A DNA stretch of 64,000 bases, from NCBI RefSeq assembly GCF_009914755.1, contig NC_060930.1. One strand, given 5' to 3'. The notes beneath the pieces are model-generated. The model ran no database searches, was not told the origin of the DNA, and worked only from the letters and a program-made list of their open reading frames with translations. The translations under genes were made by a program, and so were the position numbers. This DNA is from the human T2T-CHM13v2.0 reference genome, Homo sapiens. Below, piece by piece: positions 49,386-64,000 of this stretch (position 1 is its first letter; every line of letters starts with the position of its first letter).

Positions 49386-51404
49386 TACAGAACAAGAACA
49401 TGTCTCAAAAATGTTTAAAAGTCAATATTTAAAGACTTCAAAAACTAATAATCATCAAAAGCATTATATAACATAAGTAGTAATTATAGGTATTAAAAAA
49501 GCTAAAAATTTTGCAGTAAACACTGCTAATAATATGCAATTTAGAGTCAAATATTTAATCGTTTGATATGCCTAGCTGTGTGGCAGGTGCTAGAAGAAGA
49601 ATAATGGACTTTTAAAAACCTCAATCATTAACAAAGTATAATCTCCAAATCTACTAAACATACTATGCACTTTCTGTCCTTTCTGTGCCTTTGCCCATGC
49701 TGGTGGTACCCTTACCCTAAAGCAGCCTTCTTTACCTTATCTTTCAACTTAAACATGCTTTAGGACCCAGCTCAAAATAACCTTTCTTCTACACATGATT
49801 CAGGCAGAACTCGCCTTGTTTTCTCTTGGCACCTCTACTTTTCCTCTACCCTTGTAAGTTTATATCAATAGTATTTATTTGTACGTCTCCTCCAGCAGAC
49901 TGTAATAGATTCCGTTAGGGAGAAGGATCATATCTCATTCATCTTTTCACCTCTGATACTTGGAATGGTATCTGGAATTCAGTAGGTGCTCAAAAAATGC
50001 TTACTGAATTTGAATTTGTTGGAAAGACAGTGTATGAATATAAAACTACAGAACCAAACAGAATCCCAAAAAATGAGGTAAGCAGGTGAGATTAGATAAT
50101 AAAAATTAGTTAACAGTAGATTATATACTACTTTAAATATCAAGTAACTCCAGAAACACTATACATTTTACATTACCTCACATGTGATACACACAAGCCT
50201 ATATGTTCCCATTTTACAAATGATAAATTTGAGATGAGGATGTCAGATGATTTTTCTAAAATCTTGTAGCTAATAAATGGCGGAGCCAAAATTAGAAGCC
50301 ACATCCTAACTCAGGTTTCTAATCTCACATTCTTTCCATCATACTATATTGATTGCCATCATCCCTCCCAACTCCAAAACATCCATTATGTCCATGGTAT
50401 AATTAAATGTTACTCTGTGAGAGTTTTCATGGGGCAGGGGAAAGAGGAGGGGTTGGAGATATTAATACATCCTATAGTGTTCAAATAATTTTAAAAGATG
50501 TGGAACTTGAAGAATGGGTAGAATATGGACAGGCAAAAAGATGACAAATATTCTAACAGGCCAAAATAGCATCAATAAAGGTATTAAGTGGGCAGGTGCA
50601 ATATATATGCCAACTTTTAAGGAAATTTTGGGTTGAGAGTAGTATTAATAGATAATGAAAGAGCTGATACCATAACCTGTCTTAACATCACACGTGACCT
50701 TTAGGCAAGTCACTTTACTTCACTAAGCTTCAATTTCCTTACTTGTGAAGTGGAATTAATATTACCCAAGTCAAAAGGCTGTTCTGAAAAAAAAAAAAAA
50801 TCCATAAAGTGTTTGATACAATAATGGACACATGGTAAGTGCTAGGAAATGCAAGCAATTATTATCCCTCTAATGTCAAATCTATAAATGTAAATAAAAT
50901 GAGACTAGACCATGAAACATACCAAACAGAAGACTGAGGGGGAATCTCAATCTCATCCACCAGTCCTATAGTGCCTACCGGTTTTAGAATGGTAAAATAA
51001 AAACAATTATCTGGTAGCAGTGCACAGAAGGGAGAGCCTTGAGTCAGAGAGGCTAGCCAGGTAGTAATTTCAGCAACTAAGGCAAAAAGTAATGAGTGCC
51101 TGACCTAGAGAGGTAGTCATGGACTGGTGAGAAACAGATGAGTCTTTCCAAGGAAGAAAGAGAAGTTGATGAAAAATGAGGGATAAAGAACAAGGGCAGG
51201 GAAGATTTAGATGCTGACAGCATGCAAAATACAATAAAATAGTTAAGGGGCTTTGAAATCAGACTGACATGGGTTTAAACCCTGATTTCCACCTATTAGT
51301 TACGTGTCTTGAACAACAAACCCATCCTCTTTGACTCTCATATTTGTAAAATGAAGATAATTATAATTTTCACAGGGCTGTTAGGTGTTTAGTACATTTG
51401 GTAA

Positions 51405-51819
<415 letters not shown>

Positions 51820-53081
51820 AACTCTTAATCCTCTTAAGTGTCGGCTTAATATCAGCTCCTTGGGAAGTTTTCCCCTATGCAGCCTCTAGTCTAATTACTT
51901 CTTTAATAGCATGCACTATCATGCAATGCAGTTATCTGTTTATCTTATCTGTCTCCTGCCCCTCCCCACATTGAACTGGGAGTTCTTTGACAGCAAAATT
52001 TAGTCATAAGTACCTTCTTATCACCAATATTAGTACAGTTAGCACATAGTAGGCTTTGAAATTTTTGTTAAATAATGGGGAAAAATATATAAATATATGA
52101 ATCTAGCTACTTAAGAAATTTTCTCCCTAAACTCCTCTCCAAATCAGTATAGTCGCACTTTAAATTCGGCATATTTTGTTATTTTAGAAAGATTTTCCCT
52201 CTCCTACATACACTACACCATCCAATCACCATCCAATTTCAAGGAACTGTCTTGGAAATAAAGAAACTCCAACCTGTGACGCAATCTACTAGAAGTAAGT
52301 TTCTTGAGGGCAGGGGCTATTATTGACTTCTATTTTCTGCATCTAGTTCAGAGCCTGGGACAGAGTAGGTGCCCACCAACAACATCTGTTAACCAATCAG
52401 TCATTCAGAAAATGGCACGGTGTGACAACAATATAATGCATAATAGTTTCTTTCACACTACATACCAAGAAAAACTAACCTACTACCTGAAGTAATTTTC
52501 ACTGACAAAACCCCCAACTACCTAGAAATATCAAATACTTACTAAACTAAGCGTGTAAACAGAAAAAAAATTATAATCTATGCTGGCTGGTCTTCCTTTA
52601 AATTCATAAACACTAGTTTCCTACTCTTCCCTAGTCCATTTATTCTCCCACTTTCCTACATCACTATTCTATACCTTCTCCTCCCTCAAATGTTCACTTC
52701 TTCCTCCTCCTCCTCCTCTCTCTCAGCTAATGACCTTGCTTTCTATTTCCTTCTATCCAGGTACTGTGAATCAGTGATTCTCAAGAGGAATTTTACTCAA
52801 CAGTCCCACCCTGGGAGGGAGGAAATTTTGTAAATCTCTCCAAACTGTAAATGTTGAAATGCCCCAGGACTCAGTCCTTGAACCACTCCCTTGAAGATCT
52901 CTCACATGGTTTTAAATAACACTTATACATTTACACTCCCACAGTTTTATCTTCCGTCCAGACTTCTCTTTTGAACTGGCTGGCTTCACATATACCACCA
53001 CATATGACATTTCCATTTAGAAATTTAACATATGCAAAACGGAAAACCATTTCAGATCTTCCTTCCTCCTCTCTCCTATCA

Positions 53082-53360
53082 TTTATTTTATTTTATTTTG
53101 AGACGGGGTCTCGCTCTGTCGCCCAGGCTGGAGTGCAGTGGCGCAATCTCGGCTCTCTGCAAGCTCTGCCTCCCGGGTTCATGCCATTCTCCTGCTTCAG
53201 CCTCCCAGTGGCTGGGACTACAAGCGCTTGCCACCAGGCTCGGGTTTGTTTTTTTTGTTTGTTTGTTTTTTTGTCTTTTTAGTAGAGACGGGGTTTCACC
53301 GTGTTAGCCAGGATGGTCTCGGTCTCCTGACCTCGTGATCCGCCCGCCTTGGCCTCCCAA
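53082..53360 (-). mobile_element. AluY, 5'-truncated, with expanded middle linker
   Basis: AluY diagnostics; TSD tctcctatcatt. Confidence 0.92.
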
Positions 53361-53422
53361 CAAAAAGTTCTCCTATCATTATCACTCTGTGGTCTTTTCC
53401 GTTTCGCTAAGTGGAAAAGTCC

Positions 53423-53454
<32 letters not shown>

Positions 53455-53700
53455 ACAGGGTCTTGCTGTCACCCAGGATGGACTACAGTGAAGGATCATG
53501 GGTCACTGTAACCTTGAGCTCAAGGGGGTCAAGTGATCCTCCCCTCCCATCTCAGCTTCCCAAGTAGCCAGGACTACAGGCTCATGCCACTATGCCCAGC
53601 TAATTTTTTATTTTTTTGTAGAGACAGGGTCTCGTTATGTCGCCCAGGCTGGGGATTCTCTCAAAGATGGTATTACAAGCATGAGCCATCACGCCCGGCC
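53423..53700 (-). mobile_element. AluJ with internal deletion
   Basis: Long poly-T, diverged dimer. Confidence 0.88.
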
Positions 53701-54281
53701 AAGTTATATTCTTTAGTTGCTCAGTCCGTAACCCTTGGAGTCGTCCTTGACCCTTCTTCTACCTGACTGCTCTCAAAAGTCTAGAATCTGGTCATTTCGC
53801 ACTACCGCCACTATTACTACCCTGATTCAAGTCACCTCGACCTTTAACCTGGATAAATGCAGTCAATGGCCTACTAACAACTCTTATTTCTGCACCTGCT
53901 GCATACAGTCAACATAGCAATCAGATCTTTTAAAACACAAGTTAGATCAACTCACTGCTTACTCAAAACCCAACTCATTCAAAGTACAAATTAAGGTTCT
54001 TATAAATTCCCACATGCTCCTAAATGACTTGGCCCCATTTCCACCTAAGTATCCACTACTTCTTTCCCTCTTGTTCATTATTTTCCAGTCAAACTAGCTA
54101 GTATGCGCCTGCTTCAGGGCTTCAGTGGCAGCTCCTTCCAAGTGGCACCCTTCTTTATCACCCGTAGGCCTCCAAGTTAATATCATCTTTTCTATGGCCA
54201 CCACTCCCATCTCTTGGCATTCCCTATACCCCTGCACTGCTTTGGTTTTTTTCTCTAGCACTTTCCGCCACTTGACGTACA

Positions 54282-54612
54282 CAGTTGGCCCTTCCTACCC
54301 ATGGGTTCTTCGTCCTTGTATTCAACCAATCATGGATGAAAAAATATTCGGGGAAGGAAAAAAAAGTCAGTACTGAACATGTATAGACTCTTTTTTGTCA
54401 TTATTCCCTAAACAATACACCATAACAACTATTTATACAGCATTTAAGTTGTATTGCGCATTATAAATAATGCAGAGTTGAACTAAAGATAGGAGGATGT
54501 GCATAGGTTATCTGCAAACACTACACCATTTTATATCAGGGACTTGAGCATTTGAGGACTTTGGTATCCAAGGGAGGTCCTGGAACCAATCTCCCACAGA
54601 TGCCGAGGGACA
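54282..54612 (-). mobile_element. MER2
   Basis: cagttggccctt...ttcaaccaa...gggaggtcctggaaccaatctccc. Confidence 0.82.
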
Positions 54613-55409
54613 GGAAAGACTGTACCTTAATTTTTGTATCAATGTCTTCTCACCCCATCCCCAAAGTGGAACTTCATGATGGCAGGGATTTTTATTCTTT
54701 TGTTTACTATTTTGTTTACTGTTTTGTCCAGTGCCTAACACATAGGAGGTACTCAGTTTGGGGGAAATTAATGAAATAAATACACACTTGAGGTGTGTGC
54801 ACTATTCTAAAAATCCATATCCATACAGTTCCATTCTGTACACTTTCCCCCAATTTTAAGTAGCATATCTTTGAAGATAAAAGCACAGGCTTAAATCTGG
54901 TGTAAAATACCTCTCAATTACTACCCTGAGCACAACATCGTTATTTTCAAATTCAAAATTCAACCAGAAACTCCCTCTATGGAAATCACAAATAGTTCAG
55001 TTCAGAGCCAAGTATCCAGTTTCAAGGTCTCAGAAATTTAACAAGCCAATTCTGGAAGGCTTTGGAAGTTCAGCTACTGTCTGGTAAGTCTCCGGGTTCT
55101 GATTGCTCAAGACAGGCTGTACCTCCTCACCCCTCAGAAAAATCTAGAACCAATAGTTTCCTAGGTTCCTCAAGTTCAGGATAATTTTAAAATAATCCAA
55201 AGTACAAATGAAGTATGTAAAAGTGTCTTGCCAACAGAAAATGTCTTTGGTAGCACTAAATATTGTTATTGAGACAGGGAATATCGTAAATAGATAAATT
55301 GCTTGGAGGACATACCCACCGAGTTTGGACAGACTCACACTGCACTGTGCAATAAAGGTTTAAATAACTGTGTTCCACAAACAATTCAGGTCCTGAACTG
55401 AACTCTAGA

Positions 55410-56100
55410 GCCTGCGACTAGACTCTCGCTTTCCTACCTTAGTAAGCAACAGACATGTACCCCAAGAGGGACCCCGCAGGCCACACCCGCCAACCGGCCC
55501 CAGGGCTCCGGGCCGGCGTCTCGCCAACTCCACCTTGCCCGGAGGAACCACCTTCACCCGCCATCGCGGCCGGGCGGGCGCTCCTCCAGGCAACTACTCA
55601 CCCCTCCTTCCTACCACACCTACCTGGCCCCTCCCCAGCCCTCCTCCTCTAGGAATTTCCTCACACAAGGTGGACACACACACGTACCCTACTCCAAGCT
55701 ATGGCTCCTCCTTCCGGCTCCCCGCACTGGTGGGGACGCCCAGATTCCGCGCTCCGGTGGGGCGGCGGGGCAAGCTGCCCGCCTGACACACTGTCCTGCG
55801 GGGACGCGGTAGCAGGACTCCAGGAAGCCCGCGCAGCCGCAAAAAGCACCGGCGCGGAGGTCGGAGCTGAACCCTGCTGCACTTCCGCCCTCTGGTATCC
55901 AGCGAATACAACCGGCAACGCTGCGGAGCCCTGGCAGCGCACCACAAGTCCAGTCACCCTCGGCGCCCGGAGATGACGTCACGAGACCCCACGTGGTCCG
56001 AACTCCGCCCTCCGTGTTCTGCCTAACCCAGCAAGGAGGCCCGAGTCGCTCTTGAGCATGCGCCAACGGGGCAGTACGCTTGAACTCGCGACCAAACCTC
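55410..56100. promoter_or_regulatory. CpG island / ATG5 promoter
   Basis: Only CpG-dense non-repeat stretch in the window; contains ETS CACTTCCG (55880-55887), CRE TGACGTCA (55974-55981), E-box CACGTG (55990-55995), GC box CTCCGCCC (56003-56010), NRF1-like GCATGCGC (56056-56063). Confidence 0.9.
55688..55960 (-). other. ATG5: ATG5 non-coding exon 1 (5' UTR)
   Basis: GC-rich, no ATG on the minus strand, ends at donor AGG|GTACGT (55688/55687); 5' end inferred from the promoter motif cluster just upstream. Confidence 0.75.
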
Positions 56101-56451
56101 TCCAAGTTCATAGCTTCTACCCTCTTCTGAGAATCTTGCGTCAAAGCGTAGTTATTGGGGCTTGGGGAGGTTAACTTAACAGTTCCACAAAAACAGTTTT
56201 TAAAATACTGAAACACTGCCTCCCTAGAGCTTGATCGCAACATCCCTTTCTTCCTGGCATCACACAACAGTATTAATAAAACATTAGTTTTCAAAGTACT
56301 TTCCCATCCATTTTCTCATTTGATCTTCTTCTCTACTTTGTTGGAACCACCGCAGGCATTAATAACCTAATTTAACAGAAGACTATATGAGCACTGAACC
56401 CTCCCACCCATCCAAGAGTACATATCTTTATCTTACTCTTTGTAAAAATAA

Positions 56452-56794
<343 letters not shown>

Positions 56795-56984
56795 CTATCC
56801 AGAAGTCTTAGCAGGCATTTAAGGTTTTTCTCTTAATTACACGTGCCTTAACGCCATGCATGTTAAGTAAGTACTGTGCTGAGACTCAAAACAGGTTCTT
56901 GATAATTGGGAACATAAGGAAAATTCTAGTAGTAGCCACAGGATTCTTTTAAAAAGAAAAATCTTCTTGGAGTTGGACTAAGTA

Positions 56985-57225
56985 CAATGATTTTCAAATG
57001 GTAAATTACAGTACATTAGTGGGTATCTAAATCAAGTTAGGGAAGCATGCCCAGCATCTTTTTAAATGAAATAAAATAGAAAATATCAGCATGCTTCACA
57101 CATGTAAAGGGTAAATATTGTGTCCCAAAATTTTTACTTCAGTATGTATGTGGTGTACACTGGATAGGAATGTGAAATACATTTCTTAGTAAGGGTAGCA
57201 GTCAGAAAAGTTTGAAAGCCACAGT
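56985..57225. mobile_element. hAT-Charlie MITE (MER112-like)
   Basis: gattttcaaa...cattagtgggt...aaaagtttgaaagccac. Confidence 0.55.
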
Positions 57226-57429
57226 TATGGTCCTCTTCACCTACTCAATGCAGAAATCCTCACTACAGTGTCCCCAGTAAACAGCTATTAGCCTCTGTAA
57301 GAAAGCTTGTGGGATTAAGGTGCATTGCCTTCCCAGTGTCAGACAAAAGTATATAAAATTTCCTTTAAAATGTATCTAAAAAATAAGATGGATTTAGGGG
57401 CGCATAGATGGATAAATATGTGATTAACC

Positions 57430-57500
57430 AAATATAGTAAAATATAATGGTAGAATATAATGGTAAAATATAATGGTAGAATCTAGATGGTAGAATCTAG
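57430..57500. repeat. 13-bp tandem repeat (AATATAATGGTAG)
   Basis: About five degenerate units. Confidence 0.85.
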
Positions 57501-57579
57501 GTTCATTGTAAATGGGTATTCACTGTAAAATTTGTTCAGCTTTGCTGTGTGTTCAAAATTATTTCCTAACAAAATGTTG

Positions 57580-57871
57580 GGACCAGGCACAGTGGCTCAT
57601 GCCTGTAATCCCAGCACTTTGGGAGGCCCAGGTAAGAGGATAGCTTGAGCCCAGGAGTTCAAGACCAGCCTGCACAACATGGCAAGACCACATCTCTACA
57701 AAAAACACAAAAATTAGGAGGGCATGGTGGCATGCGCCTACAGTCCCAGCTACTCCAGTGGTTGAGGAAGGAGGATTACATGAGCCCAGGAGGTCAAGGT
57801 TGCAGTGAGCTATGATTGTATCACTGCAGTCTAGGTAACAGAGAGAGACCCTGTCTCAAAAAAAAAAAAAA
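57580..57871 (+). mobile_element. AluJ
   Basis: Diverged dimer with A-tail. Confidence 0.9.
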
Positions 57872-58425
57872 TTGTTTTGGGGGAAACTATGTATGAAGAA
57901 ACCCAATAGGTGAAAGGTGATTACTTGATTTGACTTAAAATTCAACTTCCTGTAATTTTTATAAATTGACCGTTTTCTTTCTTTCTCCCCTTGTCCTTCT
58001 CTCTTCCTCACCCATCTACAACATACAACAGAAATAACTAACTCTTCTTCTAAAAGACAGCATTTCAATATGAAAAGGTAGCTCTTGTGCCCCGTAATGC
58101 ACTCAGGGATAAACATTGTCATTTCTTTCAGCCATTCTTCACATGCCATATCTCTCCTCTGGATATGGTCCAGTTATCAGCGTTCCTATTAAATAGTTGT
58201 TACACTTGTTTCTATATGATGATCATGCTCCTTGAGCAAAAATTTGGAAATAAAGGGAATTGTATGTTTCGTCTCTGTCATTTCCATTTGTGAACATTAT
58301 GCCTTTTCTCCAAATCAGTGGCACTGCAAATTTTTAATTTTTTTTCTATGAAGATAACTTTTAAAGGGCTCTTTTTGTTGGCCTTACCATTTCCTCCAAG
58401 TTTTAGCTTATTGGGGGTGACTCTC

Positions 58426-58896
58426 TGTTGGGAACAAGACCCCCAAAATCTGGCCATAAACTGGCCCCAAAACTGGCCATCAACTAAATCTCTGCAGCAC
58501 TGTGACGTGTTCACGATGGCCATAAAGCCCACGCTGGAAGGTTGTGGGCTTACCGGAATGAGGGCAAGGAACACCTGGCCCGCCCAGGGCGGAAAACTGC
58601 TTAAAGGCATTCTTAAGCCACAAACAATAGCATGAGAGATTTGTGCCTTAAGGACATGCTCCTGATGCAGTTAACTAGCCCAACCTATTCCTTTAATTCG
58701 GCCCATCCCTTCATTTCCCGTAAGGGATACTTTTAGTTAATTTAATAGCTATAGAAACAATGCTAATGACTGGCTTGCTGTTAATAAATACGTGGGTAAA
58801 TCTCTGTTCGGGGCTCTCAGCTCATTTCTGTGTGTGTGTCTTTAATTCCTCTAGCGCCGCTGGGTTAGGGTCTGCCTGACCGAGCTGGTCTCGGCA
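58426..58896 (+). mobile_element. MER9 (HERV-K9) solo LTR
   Basis: TG...CA ends, TSD ctctc, ctggccataaactggccccaaaactggccat motif, AATAAA at ~58783. Confidence 0.85.
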
Positions 58897-60807
58897 CTCT
58901 CAGGCAGCCTTTGACTCGTGCGAACTTGTTTATAAAGTCCTCTTTTCAACAAAAGTCAAGTACACAACTCCTCCCAAATTCTGGTTTCTAAGGAGAGACT
59001 CCAAAGAAGTCTTTGTTAATAAATTGCTCTCTTTTCTTTTCACTATAATAGTTTGTAGTTGTAAAGTCTGGCTTTTATTTTTGCACACCTCACAAAGTGC
59101 AAGACTCAAAACTGTGGGATCGTAACTTTATTCTAAACTTATTTAAATCTACTTTCCTAAAATGTAAGTTATCTTGACTGCCTCCATGAACCCTAACCAT
59201 CACTTGTTATCATGCTATTACTTCCTGACCCAAGGTCCCATTCTGCTCTCTTTTATCTCTGTCCTGTTGGTTTCAGAGGAATGATTTAAGCCTAATTTAA
59301 TTCTTCTATTAATACTTCAGCTCTAACACTTCTGACTGTGCTCCAACTAATTATCCCATCTCCCAGATTTCCCTTACTACTAGTTTCTTCCTTCATCCTA
59401 TACACATGCTCAAATGTTCTCCCATCCTATTAAAATGCTTCCTTTAACCTTCATCACTTCTGAACTATTAGGATAGCTTCCCCCCATCTCCCTGCCTCCA
59501 GTCCTGCTCTACCTGTCCCAGCATCCAACCAGTGTATGTTATCTAAAATGCATTCTAACAATGTCACTCTTCTGTTTAACACCTTTTATTGATTCCTTCT
59601 AGGCAAATTCCAAATTTCTTAGCATGGTAAACAAGGTCTTTTATGGCTAATTTCTTCTTTCCTTCTAGCTTCCTTCCCCTGCTCTCCCTGCCTTGCGCTT
59701 CAAAAAATCCAACAGTATCCAATATTTTGTAAGACTTCTGAGCCCTAAGGCTATGCCATGCTTCTATGACTTTGTTGCTGTTGTCCCTGCTGCCCGGAAC
59801 ACTACCCCCACCAGCACCATCACCACATTCTTTCTTCTTCACTTGGCACACATCACTCATTTTTAAGACTCAATTCATGTTTTGGAAAGTATTTCCTGAC
59901 CCACCCAATTTGGATTTGTTGGTCCTCATACTTTCCTCGGTAATTTTTTGATCACCAATGCCCAGCATAATGCCTGGCATTTATTAAATGTTTGTCAAAG
60001 TAACCTAAGCTGAACATGCGCTCTCTTCTAGGATTCCCATCAGTTTCACCTCATAATCTAAATTGTTCCATATAGCTTAGAGTTTAGGTAGAAAGTGGTC
60101 GTTTTCTTTGTTACTTCATCGATGTCTGAGGGAGAAAATCAGCAAGTCACGTTGAAAGTAATTGAGATGCACTGCCATTAGCAGAGTGGGTCTCCAGCAG
60201 TCACTAGCAGTTAAAGTTTTCCGCCATCACCGTATCCTGTCTCAGTGTCAGTTTTAGGATCTGTACGGGGAAAGGCATCACTTCTTCCATTTGGCTGCAC
60301 ACTCTGCAGTGCATTCCCAGAACACAACCACACTTCTGTTCCTCTATCCGTTTATCCTTACTCAAATGATACCTCTCCCCTGCTAGAATGGAGACTCCTA
60401 CAAAGCTGGCATGAATTCCTATACAAAAAGGCTACAAACTGGAGTTCCACCTGCTGGAACTGGAGAACCTGTATGATTGCTGTAACATACATTAACCTAC
60501 TTCAGCATACAAAATGTAATATTATGAATGTGGTAGTAGTACATAAGCTTCGATTCTACTCACACAAACTGAGAATTCTAGGCTTCCATGATGGTCAGGC
60601 AGCAACACATTAAAAAGACCACACTTCAGGAGCACATATCACAAGGACGCCTAGTATCACCATCTTGATCCACATCGCTTGGTTTGCTAATTAGCATAGT
60701 GAACACCAGAGATGGGTTTTTATTTTTGGCTTCCCCAAAAGTATGATAAATGTTAAAAATGGGATCTCATGTATGCAATTAGCAAAATCTAAAATATATG
60801 GGATTTG

Positions 60808-61150
<343 letters not shown>

Positions 61151-62207
61151 CTAATGTGTTGCTGCCTGACCACCACTGAAGCATAACAGAGGCATAGCTC
61201 GTTATATAGTGCTTCACCTTATTGCTCTTCGCAGAGTCTGTTTTTTACAAATTGAAGGTTTATGGCAACCCTGCATCAGGCAAGTCTTTTGGCGCCATTT
61301 TTCCAACAGCATGTGCTTACTTCATGTCTCTGTCACATTTTGGCAATTCTCCCAATATTTCAAACATTTTCATTATTATTATATCTGTTATGGTGATCTG
61401 TGATCAGTGGTCTTTGATGTTACTACAGTAATTGTTTTGGGGCAGTATGAACCACATCCATATAAGATGGTGAACTTAACTGATAAACACGTGTGTTCTG
61501 ACTGCTCAGCCCACTGGCCCTTCCCCGTCTCTTTCCCTCTCCTCTAGCCTCCCTATTCCCTGAGACACTACAATATTGAAATTAGGCCAATTAATAACCC
61601 TATAATGGCCTCTAAGTGTTCAGGTAAAAAGAAAAAAATGCACGTCTCTCACTTTAAGTCAAAAGCTAGTAATGACTAAACTTAGTGAGGAAAGCAAATC
61701 AAAAGCCAGGACAGGCCGAAAGCAGGTCTCTTGGACTAAACAGCCAAGTTATGAATGTGAAAGAAAAGCTCTTGATGGAAATTAAAAGTGCTACCTCAGT
61801 GAACTCACAAATGATAAGAAAGCAAAACAGCCTTATTGCTAATATGGAGAAAGTTTGAATGGTCTGGATAGAAGATTGAGCCAGCCATGATATCCCCTTA
61901 AGCCAAAGCCTAACCCAGAGCAAGGCCCTAACTCTCTTCAATTCTGTGAAAGCTGAGAGAGGTGTGGAAGCTGCAGAAGAAACACTGGAAGCTAGCAAAG
62001 GTTGGTTCATGAGGTTTAAGGAAAGAAGCCATCTCCATAACATGAAAGTGCAAGGTAATGCAGCAAGTGCTAATGTAGAAGCTGCAGCAAGTTACCCAGG
62101 AGACCTAGCTAAAATCATTGATGAAGGTGGCTACACTAAACAACAGATTTTCAATATAGACAAAACAGCCGTCTATTAGAAGAGGATGCCATCTAGGATG
62201 TCCATAG

Positions 62208-62521
<314 letters not shown>

Positions 62522-62754
62522 TGATGGAAATGTACAAGGAGATTAATGTTGTTTTCATGCCTGCTAATAAAACATTCATTCTTCAGCCTATGGATCAAGG
62601 AGTAATTTTGACTTTCAAGTCTTATTGTTTAAGAAATACATTTTCTAAGGCATTAGCTGCCATAGATAGTGATTCCTCTGATGGATCTGGCAAAATAAAT
62701 TGAAAATATTCCGGAAAGGATTCGTTATTCTAGATTCCATTAAGAACATTTGTG

Positions 62755-63047
62755 GGCCAGGTGCAGTGGCTCACTCCTGTAATCCCAGCATTTGGGAGGC
62801 TGAGGCAGGAGTATCACTTGAGCCCAGGAGTTCGAGACCAGCCTGGGCAACATGATGAGACACTATCTCCATAAGTAATAAAAAAGTTAGCCAGGTGTGG
62901 TGGCATGCGCCTGTAGTCCCAGCTACTTGGGAGGCTAAGATGGGAGGATCACTTACGCCTGGGTGGTTGAGGCTGTAGTGAGCTGTGCTCTGCACTCCAG
63001 CAGCCTGGGTGACAGAGTGAGACCCTGTCTCAAAAAAAAAAAAAAAA
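62755..63047 (+). mobile_element. AluJ inside Tigger1
   Basis: TSD gaacatttgtg. Confidence 0.92.
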
Positions 63048-63668
63048 TGAACATTTGTGATTCATAGGAGGAAGTCAAAATGTTGCCAACCTTAACAGGA
63101 GTTTGGCAGAAATTGATTCCAATAATCAAGTATGACTTTGAGAGGTTCAAGACTTCAGTGGAGGAAGTCACTGCAGATGTGGTAGAAATAGCAATAACTG
63201 TAACTAGAAGTGAGCCTGAAGATGTGACTGAATTACTGCAATCTCATTGTAAAATTTTAACAGATGAGGAGCTACATCTTATGGGTGAACAAAGAAAATG
63301 GTTTCTTGAGATAGAATCTACTCCTGGTGAAGATACTGTGAACACCGTTGAAATGACAACCAAGGATGTAGAATATTCCATAAACTTAGCTGATAAAGCA
63401 GCAACAGAGTTTGAAAGGATTGACCCTAATTTTGAAAGAAGTTCTAGTGTGAGTAAAATGCTATCAAACAGCATCACATGCTACAGAGAAATCTTTTATG
63501 AAGAGCCAATTACTGTGGTAATCTTCATTGTCTTATTTTAAGAAATTGTTGCAGCCACCCCAACTTTCAGCAATCACCACCCAGATCAGTCAGCAACCAT
63601 CAGCATTGAGGCAAGACCCTCTAACAGCAAAAAGATTACCACTTACTGAAGGCTCAGATGATGGTTAG

Positions 63669-63992
<324 letters not shown>

Positions 63993-64000
63993 TAAATTAA

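Noticed and set aside
55081-55090. Strong plus-strand donor CTG|GTAAGT suggesting an antisense exon
   Set aside because: Isolated motif with no supporting promoter or acceptor; expected by chance in 64 kb.
55689-56294. 201-aa minus-strand ORF and other ORFs over the CpG island
   Set aside because: Starts upstream of the promoter motifs, resembles no protein I recognise; long stop-free frames are expected in GC-rich DNA.

Overview
Human or great-ape intronic DNA, AT-rich and dense in repeats. It holds the 5' part of the autophagy gene ATG5 on the minus strand: a CpG-island promoter and non-coding exon 1 (~55.7-56.0 kb), then coding exons 2-5 (46261-46426, 38538-38665, 23204-23282, 9829-9991). 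These splice in frame through codon 159 and include the ATG12-conjugation lysine K130; later exons lie left of the window. The ORF track misses all of these exons and is mostly Alu, L1 and Tigger noise. The rest of the window is about 25 Alus, L1/L2/MIR relics, LTRs (LTR12C edge, MER9 solo LTR, MLT1), DNA-transposon fossils (Tigger1, Charlie1, MER2/5A/20/58, piggyBac relic, MER85) and 7SL and U6 retrocopies. I see no new gene system. The most unusual signals are (1) a 5'-truncated Alu fused to an inverted 24-nt U2 snRNA piece, which puts a perfect anti-U2 branch-site sequence in ATG5 pre-mRNA and suggests twin priming on a second RNA; (2) a complex templated insertion made of a fold-back hairpin, a copy of an idiosyncratic Alu 2.5 kb away and a 65-bp tandem duplication; (3) an out-of-frame uORF overlapping the ATG5 start codon; (4) a compact CRE/CLEAR-like/E-box promoter module; (5) a MER85 carrying the PGBD3-type palindrome. 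Repeat subfamily names come from recalled consensus sequences, and most repeat boundaries are approximate.
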